Source: Magallana gigas | Taxonomy: Eukaryota | Direction: 5' to 3' | DNA: 64,000 nt | Assembly (NCBI RefSeq): GCF_963853765.1 | Contig: NC_088858.1 | Span: 49,476,001 to 49,540,000, forward strand | Part shown: one piece after another, positions 13,832 to 26,298 of the stretch | Layout: every line of letters starts with the position of its first letter | Numbering within the stretch: the stretch's first letter is position 1 | The notes under the pieces: model-generated | Database searches by the model: none | Seen by the model: the letters and a program-made list of their open reading frames with translations, nothing else | Told to the model about the DNA's origin: nothing | Translations under genes and position numbers: made by a program

Positions 13832-14640
13832 TTATATCCTTTCAAAGTATTCCTCGCGGTTTGAAATACATAATTTCAATCGCTGAGTCCATTTTTGAAA
13901 TGCGTCACAGTACGCTGACTTAGGTAGGCCTCTAAGGAAGTGACTAATGCCCAAGCCGAGGGCGTTGGGACGTGTAACAACGCCTAGATAAGAACTTCTG
14001 AAGTTTTGGAAAAAGGAAAAAAGTTGCATGGTGCTAGACCTGCAGAATGTGGTGTGACAAAACGGTAATCTTCTCCGACTTTAAAAATTGCTTCACAAGC
14101 TTAGATGTATGTGACGGAGCATTATCACGAACATGCCTATATCCTGCTAGGGCGTAATTTATGATATTCTTTCAGCTTTTTAGCGTTACTTCCACGTTTC
14201 GTCATCAGTAACAATGTTTGCAAATTGTCCTTGATTGAATGTAGAAAACATTTCCACCAATTGCTTAGCGGGTTGTACTCGTACCCGTATTTGGTCATCT
14301 GCCAATATATGCGGTATCCATCTGGCAGAAATCTTGCTTATTTTAAAATATGTTTCAAAATGAAATGCAGATACACGATTCGAGATATGTTATTAGCTTT
14401 GGCAATGTCACAAATCGTGTATCTGCCGTCATTTTTAAATTATTTGTCTGGCTTTTGAGACATTTGCCTTGCCTGCTACAGTAATAGGTCGGCCAAATTC
14501 TGCTGCATCTTTAACAGACTCTGTGCCAGTCAGAATTTTTTTTCTCCACGTAAGAACTGTCTCTTAAGATATCTAATCATACTCATAAACTTTCCTAATT
14601 CAGTAAAATTCTGCATTACCAAATGACCGAATAAAAACAT
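13832..14640 (-). pseudogene. Degenerate, internally deleted mariner transposase
   Basis: ARWIPH (14326-14309, WVPH motif), IVTDDETW (14215-14192), DNAPSHTS, HSAGLAPCNFFLFPKL (14049-14002, YSPDLAP-D motif), C-terminal KWTQRLKLCISNREEYFE. Many stops and frameshifts. Confidence 0.9.
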
Positions 14641-14735
14641 GAGCGGGCTGACGGACGTACAATTTTATTTTACAACTTTAAACATCACTCTTTACCGAAA
14701 AATAGTGTGATACGTGTTCTGGTATAAAGTATCAT

Positions 14736-17700
14736 TTACCTGCGTTCTATTAAATTTAAAACAATTTGTTTCATTATGTTCTTTTTATTTAAAGATTTAA
14801 TAATCCTGTAATATCATATGGATTCATTCATTGAGAATGTTTTGTTTAAGAAAAACATACAGACCTCCCTTCATGCAAATGTATCCATTTATTTTGTGGT
14901 CGCATGGTAGATCATTCCATTTGTTCCCCTTGTCGTGGTAGAATTGCAAACAGTCTTCATTGCTGTTTTTATTGTTAGGTTCACCTGTTTAAAAGTAAAA
15001 TATTTAGGTGAAGTCATTATTCACTTTTGAAGGGACACTATGTGGTAAAATATTGTTCTGATCATCAATGCATCTTTAATTCTAAAAAGAACTAGAAAAC
15101 TGACCAGTCAGGAAGGGCCCCGCTATGACAATTAATAAAGAGAAGTGAAAAAATCTTTGAATTCCATCCTCTTTATATTAACAATGATGAAAAATAAATG
15201 CCCGGCATAAGATGTAAAGAACTGCAATATATATAAGGTGGTAAAAAAAATATGAAAATTATAAGTAACAACTGTATTTTTAAAATTTCAAGATAATTCC
15301 TAAATGTCCAAAAACTCTAAATAGTAACCTTGTATCTGCATAAAACAGGGATAACCTCATGTCTTATAAAAAAAACTAAATTAAATGTGTATTTAAAAAA
15401 ATTTAAAGAGGTGTTTTATAAAATGCAATCCTTCAGTGAATGCAAATACATTGTATCACCCAGGGTTGACCTCAACTTCAAAACAAACATCAGTTGCAGA
15501 CAAAGGTGTTCATTAATCTTCATATGACAGATAGAGATAAGTTCTGCTCTCTCATCCTTTTCTTCTAAATTTACAATAAGATTTTTTTTTTTCAAAAATG
15601 ACAGAATGGGGTTATTATCTGATTACCTGTTAAAATTAACAGCATTAAGGCAGAAAAAAATAAAATAAATAATTAAAAAATAAAATAGTGAAAAAGGATA
15701 TCTTAATACCCTATATATCTTGATTTTAGAATTCAATAAAATTATCATAAATCATTGTGTATGGTATTTTAAATAAAGTATGAATATTATATTTTAAATC
15801 CATATTTCAAAGACTGACACAATACTACACATCATTCAAAATTGACCTTAACTTCAAAACAAAGTTCATTTGCAGAGACAGGCAGTGCAGTAATTAATCT
15901 CAATGTGACAGATAAAGATAAAGCTTAGGATTTTCTTCCTGTGAAAGGTTAATTAATCCCAACAGACAAATATTGCACAGCCTTCCAAGTATACAATGGT
16001 AACATTCTCAGCAGTTATCTCTCTTTGCCCATTCATTCTTATGCATAGTTAAGGAATGTACCCCACCACCTCAGCTCCAAACCAGAAGACATAGAGAACC
16101 AAACGTAGCATCAAAATATGTATTTCTGCCTACTGAACTACCATACCAAATTTGAACTTGATTGGGCAACCGTAAAAAAAGTTATTAGAAAAAAAACAGA
16201 AAATTTGTGGACGGAAGAGTGACAGACGGACAGACAGAAGGACGGACGAACAGAGTGATTACTATAGGGCACCCGCAAATCTATGCGGGGCCCTTATAAT
16301 CAAGAGGTAGCTGAAGATATATATGTGGATTACTTGTTCAATACACATGTTAGATTTTATTAGAAGTAATCATAATACTTCTAAAGGGCTTTTTACAGGC
16401 ATGGTAATGTTAGATTAACAAAAAGCTTTTGATACTGTTGACCATACAATTTTATGTGACAAACTAGAACTTTTAGGTGTTTATCCACTGAATGGTTTAA
16501 ATCTTATCTGTCATGTAGACAACAACAACTTTCTGTCAATAATATTTCCTCTGATTTTCGTCTGATTAATTGTGGTGTTCCCCAAGGTAGTATTTTAGGA
16601 CCTCTTTTACTTTTCATAAATATAAACGATATGGCCGCCAGTGTTGATGAGTACTGTAAACTTATTGTGTATGCTAACGATAGTGCTATTTTTTATGCAC
16701 ACAGAGATCCTGATATTATTGCACAAAAACTGGGCAGTGTTCTTGAAAAGTGTTCTTCATGGTTAGTGGACAACACATTGTAACTTAATCTTGGCAAGAC
16801 GGAATCTATTTTATTTGGTCCACCAAGAAAACTAAGAAATGTTACAGATTTTAAAATTCTGTATAATGGTCAATGTTATTAACGGTTCTGACAGTGTCAA
16901 ATACTTAGGAATCTGTACTGACAAGTTTCTCTCATTTGAAAATATTGTTTTAAGCATTGTTCAAAAAGTAAACGGTAGACTTAAATTTTTATACAGAAAT
17001 GCTTTTTGTCTTACTACACAGTCCATAAAGAATCTATGCTCTGCCTTGATACAATGTTTTTTTTTTTTACTATGCTTGTTCTTCTTGGCATTGTGGAATA
17101 AACAAACAACTTAAGCATAGATTGCAAGTTACCCAGAACAAAGTTGCAAGATTCGTTAAACCTGGGTCCCAGAGACAGTGTCTCTTGTAGCATCTTAGAT
17201 TATTTAAGTATGTTAAGAGTTGAAGATAGTAGAATTGTCCAATTAAAACTCAACCATGTTTTAATATATACCATGGCAATGCACCAGCATATCTTAATGA
17301 TCATCTTGTATTGAATTACAATATTACAAGAAGTACAACAAGTAAGAATTTTCTTATACCTAAGATAAAAAGTAAAGAGTCTTAATGCTTTTTATACAAT
17401 GCTATCAACGACTGGAATGCATTGCCTTTGGAGGTCAAGAAAATTAATTCTAAACAAAATTTGAGAAAGCCGTAAAATCTTTCTAGTCTACTAATGCAAG
17501 AGATACTATATGACTGCTTGTCCAAATACATTTTTAACTTATTTATTATTATTACTTTTCAGATATAAAAATAATTAAGAAACATGTCATTTTTCAAAGC
17601 ATTATGTTATATTCCTTTTCAGTATCATGCCTAAATTCCATTATGTAAATTTGTATTGTACTTTTGTTGTTAACCTAACCACATTAAATTTAAGCTTTTT

Positions 17701-20227
17701 AACAAGGCTTTTATGTGCTATCCTTAGGTAATAATTATCATTTGTATGTTATGTATTCTATATGATAACAATATTGGACAAATTGATTCTGATAATGTCT
17801 GTTTTTTATTTGATGTATTTGATGTGTGTAATCATGGCATTCTGTGATATATTTACCTGAATAAAATGAAATAAAATGAAATAATCTAAACTAATCTAAA
17901 ACATTGACACCATTGCTTATTACTAGTCAAAAAAATGAAGTTTGCTTTTATGGAGATCTTGAGGACATGGATAGAGAGTTCTTTCGCTATAGATATTTGA
18001 TTATAAGATACGCAAAGTATTCGATTACTTACAACCTGTGAACTTTATTTCCCTTGATATTTGTACTTGACTGTACTTATGACACTGTGAAACTAATAAA
18101 AATCTCTTTTGGTTTACCTGAATTCCAATTATTGTATGTAAAAGGATCATCGCCGAATAGCCACATCCAAGTTCCTTCGTGTCTCTCGTCTGTCCCTCCG
18201 ATCCAGGCGTCCCCAGCGCTCATCACTACAAGCAAACGCACCATTAAAACACTGGAAGAAAACTACAGTCATTCACTTACAAAAAACTACTTTTGGACTT
18301 CCGCTGTTGGTGATGTGCCTCAAGGCACGCAGTTTTTAAAGAGGGGACTCAGCTTTGCTTCTTTCCAACTATAATCCCGTAATAAAACTACGGAAAGCTG
18401 TCACAAAGTCGTACCATGTCGACTTAAGGGGAAGCAAAGCAATGCAGCAGCGAAGTGGAGGCACCGCTGGACTAATTCTTGGGGGAAAAACAGCCCGCCC
18501 GATGTCGAGGAGCAAATTCGGACTTGAAAAAAATAATGGCGTCTTTGTTTGAGAAGTTTGAGAATACTATCATCCAGAGAATGTCAACAGTAGCAACATA
18601 TTTTCAAGATTCGCGACATCAAAGGCGAGTTTATGGAGATACAAAAAAACCTTCACTTAATTAAAATAACAGATTTACAGAACTTGAGTCGAACAAAGGG
18701 CAGGGGGGGGGGGGCTGTAAAAAAATTAATGAGTTTGAAAACAAACTAGAAGTAGTTGAAAATTAGCTTGCATATTATGAGCAAAGGTCAAGAAAGAACA
18801 ATTTGTTGTTTTATGGCATTGTTACAAAAAAACAAAGAAAATCCCAGTGCTGTAATTAAAGTTTCTTCGTGATAAATTGAAACGTTTGTAAAATGTGCCC
18901 CAACAACGACTGCTTCTGAAGCTGGAGCAATATGGTGTGCACAGTTATGCGATGTTACCATCTCCCAGGTTCTTCAGTGGAGAAACCACATCCATGCCAC
19001 CATAAGCAAAGCTACAAGGAAGCTAGGCTTTCTTAGCCAACGCACACCATCGGCAAAGGCAAGAGCATACTGTACCCTGATCAGACCAGCGATTCGGTAT
19101 ACTTCGTCCTTGTGGGACCTCCACCAAGCCACTCTCACCAGACAAGTTAAGCATGTACAACGAAGAGCTGCCAGGTTCGGATACAACAACTATCGTGATA
19201 CTATCGTGATACTTATCCCAGGATTGTAATTAGACTACTGCACCAACTTGAATTGGATTCCCTCCAGCATAGGAGAACCATTCACGTACTAGTCCTATGC
19301 TATAAGATTAGAAACCAGCTTGTGGACATAAACTCAGAGAACTATTTCGCACCCGGAAACAAACGAACTAGACGGAGTCACGGACTCGGACAGCAGCGCG
19401 CCAGTAAAGAGGTTTACATAAATTCCTTCTTCCCGCGATCGGCAAGGGACTGGAATCGTCTAGCAGAGCAAGTTACAGAAGCACATACCATAGAAAAGTT
19501 CAGGACCAGACTTTCTAGTGTCCTCTGGAGTCAGCTGCAACCATGGTAGACAACACACTCGGAAATAGTTTTAACAGAAGTATAACTTTAATTCCTCCAG
19601 TACATTGGATTCTATTTCTATTCAGAATGCTCAAAGGATTCCGCGAAACCCAGATTATGTGTACAAGCCCTCTACACCTTAGGCTATAATTGGGCTTTTT
19701 GTAGAATGAAGGAAAGAAATTACATTATTTCTAAGTGCTGGCAGACACCCATGCCCAAAGGAAAAGTCATAAGAAGGAGAATTTGTTAATTCTTCTCATA
19801 TAATCCCAAAGGTAAGTTATTATTTAGACTGTAAACTGTTATATTGTATTCTTAAAAGTATAATGCATTGATTACACTCGACAACTTAAACGTTATAGCC
19901 AGTTTACAGTTTTTTCATAAAAAAGTAATATCTTGAGGATATCAACATGTCTTAAAATCTATTTTTATCCTACTTGATCATTATTGGTGTGTAACAATAA
20001 ACATGTCAATATATTTGACTGCATTGCAAAAATATTAAAATTCACCGTACCCCTGCTTTGCAGGAAAGCTTGAACACCGGAATCCTTTACAGATGCGAGG
20101 AAAGCTCCACGCAGCCTACAAGCCCCTCTAGCATTGCTACCTGAGATTTCCCCCACGGACCTCCAGTAGCATCTGGATCGGTACAGCAACCAGCCATAGT
20201 CACAGGAGAATGTTACACCAATCACAA
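14736..20227 (-). CDS. C-type lectin module paralogous to the lectin head of the giant protein (5' and 3' ends uncertain)
   Basis: Exons 20227-20051 (CDYGW...CY...C...LAS), 18225-18118 (AWIGGTD...WMW; 108 nt, same size as its paralog), 14984-14865 (EPNNKNSNEDC...WNDLPC...ICMK), all phase 1. Candidate terminal exon 14746-14736 (ERR-stop); read-through stop at 14824. Confidence 0.8.
15090..16298 (+). mobile_element. Non-autonomous Helitron/Helentron-type (DINE/HINE-like) element
   Basis: Starts AACTAG...GGGCCCCGC; internal duplicated block (about 15465-15545 vs 15840-15925); (GACG/GACA)n microsatellite; 3' hairpin GGGCACCCGCA...TGCGGGGCCC. Confidence 0.7.
16310..17883 (+). mobile_element. 5'-truncated, degenerate CR1/L2-group LINE (RT and 3' end)
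   Basis: KAFDTVDH, WFKSYL, VPQGSILGP (about 16577-16603), YANDS (degenerate YADD), LNLGKTE, KYLG; ends in a repeated ATAAAATGAA tail. Confidence 0.9.
18480..18870 (+). mobile_element. LINE ORF1 fragment (degenerate)
   Basis: EFENKLEVVEN*LAYYEQRSRKNNLLFYGI: coiled coil followed by the EQRSR-NN signature of LINE ORF1 proteins. Confidence 0.65.
18890..19560 (+). mobile_element. LINE ORF2 C-terminal fragment (degenerate)
   Basis: Post-RT motifs SKATRKLGFL, AYCTLIRP, VQRRAARF, SLQHRR, YKI, NSFFPRSARDWNRL. Confidence 0.8.
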
Positions 20228-21463
20228 CTGCAATTCAAAGGGAAATCAGAGCGTACAAAAAAGCAGGCGTGCTCAAAGAGTATGTACGACGTCTTGCAAA
20301 AAATCATATACAAAAAATCAAGGAAGTATACGCAGCGGCAGTGTTTACAGTCGTTAATTTTCCCATTCTCTTACTGGATAAAAATATAACTATCAAACAG
20401 AGTATTTATTTAACTAAGCAATATGCGTGTATCTATCACATTGTGATATAGTTTTCAATATTACATTATTATAGAGGCCCCTCCCCCCTCCTTTACGAAA
20501 ACCACCATGAGCAAGTTTGGTGGCAATTCAATTTTTTCACGGCCTTGTTTGGTGACTTTACACAGGTAGGCTGTTTTTGTAATAAGACACTTCCCTAGGA
20601 AGGTTATTTAAATAGGCACCTTTCTCTCTGACCATCAACCTCCGTGTGTGGTTTGGGTTTTATTTAAATCGACAATGTACAATACATGTGTGTATTTTTT
20701 AAAATCGGACTGCACGCCTGTCACGTTTTTTAACTCAATTAGGCAATAAAAATGGTAGTGTTTTAAGAACTATGTATCCCTAAAACAGATCTGTATTCAA
20801 TAAATTACCTGACAATTTTTGGCCCTTTTTTTTCAAAACGTGTCTACACGACATTAACAATATAGTAGTAATCATATCCGTTGATACACGTTGATACAAG
20901 CACGCATGCAAACGCACGCACTAGAATGAATGGTTTATTATTGTTTTATTATTTCAAAAGGATTTTTTTAGGAGCATCTTTTTTCATACAAATTTTAAAA
21001 AAAGATCTTGCTCAACAAAACAGTTCAAGTTACAAGTATTGTCTAGAAAATAGAAATAGCTTGAACAGAATACATGCAGTAATGCATAGTAAATCATTTG
21101 ATGTACGCAGCAATGGAATGTATTGTTCTCAAAGCTTTCTTACACAAATTAATACCTTCTTGACATTACAATAAATGGTCATTTTTGGTGGAGTTTACTT
21201 ATATATACCTGGAGCGGGCAATAATACTAAAGTCAATAAATTATTTAGACATTACAGCACATTATTTTATCTTGTTAATATACTAGGTCACTGTACAGAA
21301 AAAGAAATGTTTTCACGAGCAAGACATTTCTAGAAAATAAACTTGATAGGGAAAGTCTCGCTTATAAACTGATAAAGGAAAAAAGAATGGCTATTTACTG
21401 ATTCTTCATCTATACATGTATGTGCACACAATTTAGTAAACCTTATCCCTGTGGATACTCCTT

Positions 21464-22315
21464 ATAAAGCCAGTCATCCGGGGGAAAGTTTCCCCATAAA
21501 TTCAGTCCTCGGGGGAAAGTTTCCCAATAAAGCCAGTCCTCGAGGGAAAGTCTCACAATATATCCAGTCCTCGGGGGAAAGTCTCACTATATAGCCAGTC
21601 CTCGGGGGAAAGTCTCACAATATATCCAGTCCTCGGGGGAAAGTCTCACTATATAGCCAGTCCTCGGGGGAAAGTCTCACTATATATCCAGTCTTCGGGG
21701 GAAAGTCTCACAATATAGCCAGTCCTCGGGGGAAAGTCTCACTATATAGTCAGTCCTCGGGGGAAAGTCTCACTATATAGCCAGTCCTCGGGGGAAAGTC
21801 TCACTATATAGCCAGTCCTCGGGGGAAAGTCTCACAATATATCCAGTCCTCGGGGGAAAGTCTCACAATATATCCAGTCCTCGGGGGAAAGTCTCACTAT
21901 ATAGCCAGTCCTCGGGGGAAAGTCTCACAATATAGCCAGTCCTCGGGGGAAAGTCTCACAATATATCCAGTCCTCGGGGGAAAGTCTCACTATATATCCA
22001 GTCCTCGGGGGAAAGTCTCACTATATATCCAGTCCTCGGGGGAAAGTCTCACAATATAGCCAGTCCTCGGGGGAAAGTCTCACTATATAGTCAGTCCTCG
22101 GGGGAAAGTCTCACTATATAGCCAGTCCTCGGGGGAAAGTCTCACAATATAGCCAGTCCTCGGGGGAAAGTCTCACAATATATCCAGTCCTCGGGGGAAA
22201 GTCTCACAATATATCCAGTCCTCGGGGGAAATTAAGTCTTAATATTAAGCCAGTCCTCGGACTATATAGCCAGCCTTTCGGGAAAAGTCTCACTATTTTC
22301 CCAGTCCTCCGGGGT
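21464..22315. repeat. 31-bp minisatellite (about 25 units plus degenerate edges)
   Basis: Unit ATATAGCCAGTCCTCGGGGGAAAGTCTCACT; period 31 measured (21546 to 21577). Confidence 0.97.
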
Positions 22316-24659
22316 AAAATATAGGTACAGAAATGCTAATCTTATGTTCAACGAATCTTGGCTTAGAGTGCCCAATGAAATTTCTTTTGAAATTTAAAAG
22401 TGAATCATATGCACATTCACAAAGCAGATTCACATTTAAGTACAGCTGAAAGCTGAGAATACAGATCATGTTTATCGAACAATCAAAAAACAATTCCGAT
22501 TTGTATTTGTGAGCAATAATTGAACGCGCTTTATTTATGAAACAAAACAAAAAATAACAGTTTAACAGACATAGGGATAAGTCTTGATAAAATTTCAGAA
22601 TCTCACCTCTAAGAAATGCTAAAATGATGATTCCATACGGATGTCGTAGTGATTTCATCTTTGGACTTACACTCTCAGAACGAACATTTTGCTTCTTGTC
22701 ACATACGCAACAAATTCTTCAATTATATTGAAGATATGTATTGGTTCAATTTCACTTCCTGATAGATCTAGACTTGTTTTAGGCCTCTCTTAAATGTAAA
22801 CTTACGTGCCATAAATTAAGTCGAGTGTAAATGTCTTTCACGAGGTAATTTCTCGTTGTTCTTTTCATTCTTCTCTATCTACATTGAAATCTTGTTTACC
22901 TGAAGTAAAAAATAGAACAGAACTTTTAGCTGATTGAAAAGAACGCTTTCTCAAGAATCCAAATGGAGTACTGGGCAACAATTTTAATACGTGAATGCCA
23001 TTTTATGAATTTCTGTTCTTCGTCCGTAAGGGGTATCCACTAAATTCACAAAAGTACATTACCATATTTAGTTTAAAATATATGTTAATGGTATATTGTA
23101 CCAATGTTAATTTTTATCATCATTTTCAGTTACATATTCATATAAATCAACTAATATTTACTATTATTAATAAATATTTACATCTACCAAGTATTATTTC
23201 CTCTATTTCTTACGGAAACTTATAGTTAATTCATAGCTCTATTGAAACAGCCAGACTGAAATCTACACGCCCCGTTTATCGATTGATCGAAATCTACAGC
23301 GGCTGAAACTTACTTACTGATATTGACACGTCCTGTTTATCGATTGGTCGAAACCAACAGTGACCTAGGAAAAATAACGGACTGCACGAAATCATCATGA
23401 TGTCATATTCAAAGTCTCACAGGAGACGATTTGGATATTTCTTTTAGCTAACGTAATTATGTACATTAACAGTAATATAGTGAATTTTACTTACTTTTCG
23501 TAATCAATTTATTAATTAGTTTTTAAAAAGATGTTAATATAAACAATAAACTGCTTTCTTTGGTGATTCATGCGGGTCATGAAGGTATAGCGACCATTGC
23601 AGAAAAAAATTACATAACCCGCTAATAAAAGTTGAAAAGTGAATGGAGTAGAGTCATGTATAAATCGTGTTCGGAAAGCCCGCTCAGTTCTGCACATATG
23701 CAAAGATCAAGGTCAATGGAATATGTGTCTGTATAGTGTTCTGTTAAAGATTATGAAATGTTGTTTCTTGCTGATCAAAGGATGCAGTTTAGCAACCGAG
23801 ATTTTTCTGAAAGCCTTGTTGTTGAGAATTTGGAAAATATGCATAATGTAAGATATGCTCTGTTATGCGTGACAGTATTATTTTATTTATTTTATTTTAT
23901 TTTATTATTTTTTTCAAAAATCTTGAAGATGCATGGCAGCAAACCCACTGGTCTGTAACTCTTGCAAGCATGCGCTGGTTGGCCTCCCCCTTTGTACATG
24001 GGGATTAATAGTCCTGTTTCCATTCAGTGGGGGTTTTGCCGATGCAAACAATTAACTGCGTTAAATAGCTTGAGGATGCTTTTTTCCAGCCAACTAGGTC
24101 AATAAAGCAAAAACATCAGGTCAAATACAATACAGAACCATTTTGACAAGGCCTTGGACTTTCGGTAGGATGTAACTATATCTATTTCTTGCATCAAAAC
24201 AAGTAAAAAATGACTGTGGTTTCAAGCGAAATAAACATCGATTGCGTAGCTAGACAAACCGTGTTGATTTCAAAGAGCCGTGCACGGATGAATGACAGGC
24301 ATACGTCACAATGCTATTATCGTTTTACTAACAGCGTGCCAGTTTGCTTGTCGATCCGTGCTAAAATTTTGTATGCAGATTATTATATTATTCACCGATT
24401 GGTTGTTCGATTTCATGGATGTAAATGCTAATTTGCATATCAAACACAGAACCCAGAAACGCATTGACCAATGACATTACATGATGTTTTGGTAGTGAAT
24501 ATCAACACGTGGACAGTCCAAAGCTTGTTGTTTGTTAAATTTATTTCTTTACGTTTTTAACTTGGTTACAATCCGATAGTATCCGTAATATTTGGTTTAC
24601 TTCGATACTGGTTATTTCATTCAAGAGCGCTTCTAGATTTACCGGATAATATTCGAATA

Positions 24660-24877
24660 CTGTGGAATCATTAATTTCGTGGGGGCCAATTTTCGTTGAT
24701 TGCTCAAGTTTTACAGGTTAGTGGGGACGTAATTTCGTGTATTATATTATACCTACAAAAGGATATATGACTTTATAACCCATATTCAATAATTCGTGGA
24801 GAATGTTAATTCGTGGATGAGAGGCAACCACGAATTCCACAAAAATTGAGCCACCACGAAATCTAATGATTCCACAG
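24660..24877. mobile_element. MITE with TA target-site duplication
   Basis: TA|CTGTGGAATCATT...AATGATTCCACAG|TA. Confidence 0.85.
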
Positions 24878-25066
24878 TAATGCGACGTTCGTTAAACAAG
24901 TAAAAACGGTGGAGGACGTTTTTTATTTCATTTGAATACATTGTCCATCTTCCCCTTTCTAGCGTTTTGTTACCGATATGAAAATGGAAGAAACAGTATG
25001 TATATGACTGTTACTACCATATGCAGAAGACCGCGTAGAGTAGGTCCGAGTAAAATGGTGTAGGCA

Positions 25067-25069
25067 CAT

Positions 25070-25100
<31 letters not shown>

Positions 25101-25212
25101 GGGGGGTCCGAAGGATAATTGTGTTTGCCAGGGGGGGTCCGAGGCATATTTTCGCGATAATTTTACTATGTAAATTTAATAAATTTTCATTTTCCAGGGG
25201 GGGGTCGGGACC

Positions 25213-25249
<37 letters not shown>
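25067..25249. mobile_element. MITE with G/C-run interior
   Basis: Terminal inverted repeats CATGCGCGGATC / GATCCGCGCATG, flanked by the direct repeat AGGCA. Confidence 0.85.
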
Positions 25250-26298
25250 AGGCATACTACTATAAATCACTTATTTCAAGACATATATATTTCATACATT
25301 TAACAAACAACAAGCTTTGGACTGTCCACGTGTTGATATTCACTACCAAAACATCATGTAATGACATTGGTCAGTCCGTTTCCGGGTTCTGTGCTTGATA
25401 TGCAAATTAGTATTAACTTCAATGAAATCGAATAACCAATCGATGAGTAATATGATAATCAGCGTACAAAATTTTAGCACGGCCCGACAAGCAAACTGGC
25501 ATGCTGTTAGTAAAACGATAATATTTGACACAACTACCCAAAGTACAATACAATGTATCTTGTTTAAAGTGGTTCCGAATCCAACACAGTCAAACAAATG
25601 AAATTAATTTCACGTTCTATAAGCTGTACGACATGGCCGAGTTTTTTCATCTATATAAGTAGGCTAAGTTGACTGATTTGAAAAATTTGTTTTATTCAGT
25701 CAACTTATTTTATTTACTATGAGTGTTTTCTTTCAAAATACGATTGAATGTCTACCAAAAATTTCGAACCTCTGCCTATATCTATAGAATTTGTTACTTT
25801 TGTCTGCATATGAATAAAGCATTCCTTGAACCTAGTGCGATTTTAACATCTTATACACTTTTACCGTTTACGTTACACTTTAACTGAACACTCTACATTT
25901 GAAAATGAAATCTCATATCTACAGCATAAGACATCATTTTACAATAGCTGTAGGCTAAAAATTGTTTACATAAACTCACAGTCTGATTAAAATAAAACCT
26001 TCCACTAGCTCCTTCAGTTTTTTTATGGTCGCCTGGAAGATAAGATGCGACCATCAAAAATCTTCTTCTTCTTCTTCTTCTTCTTCTTCTTCTAGATATT
26101 CATACTATCATCTGGTGTATTATTGAACTTTCTTTGTTGGTTCTCTCAGTGGTTGGTGTATTTTCCGGAAAACAAAACTCCGTTTTAATGGCTTTCTTTT
26201 TTCTGGGCACAAACTATTTCCTCTAAAAAGTGCTGTCAGTCGATCGACTACCTAAGGCTAAGTACCTTGACAATCTTGCGTGTCATAAGTAAAATAAG

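Larger units (their letters stand above)
24316..25522. repeat. 225-bp inverted repeat arms (24316-24540 / 25298-25522)
   Basis: The arms align as diverged reverse complements; the ORF track gives near-identical peptides on opposite strands. Confidence 0.9.

Noticed and set aside
21464-22315. CRISPR-like appearance of the 31-, 29/30-, 32- and 65-bp arrays
   Set aside because: Units are contiguous with no unique spacers, there are no cas genes, and the context is eukaryotic.
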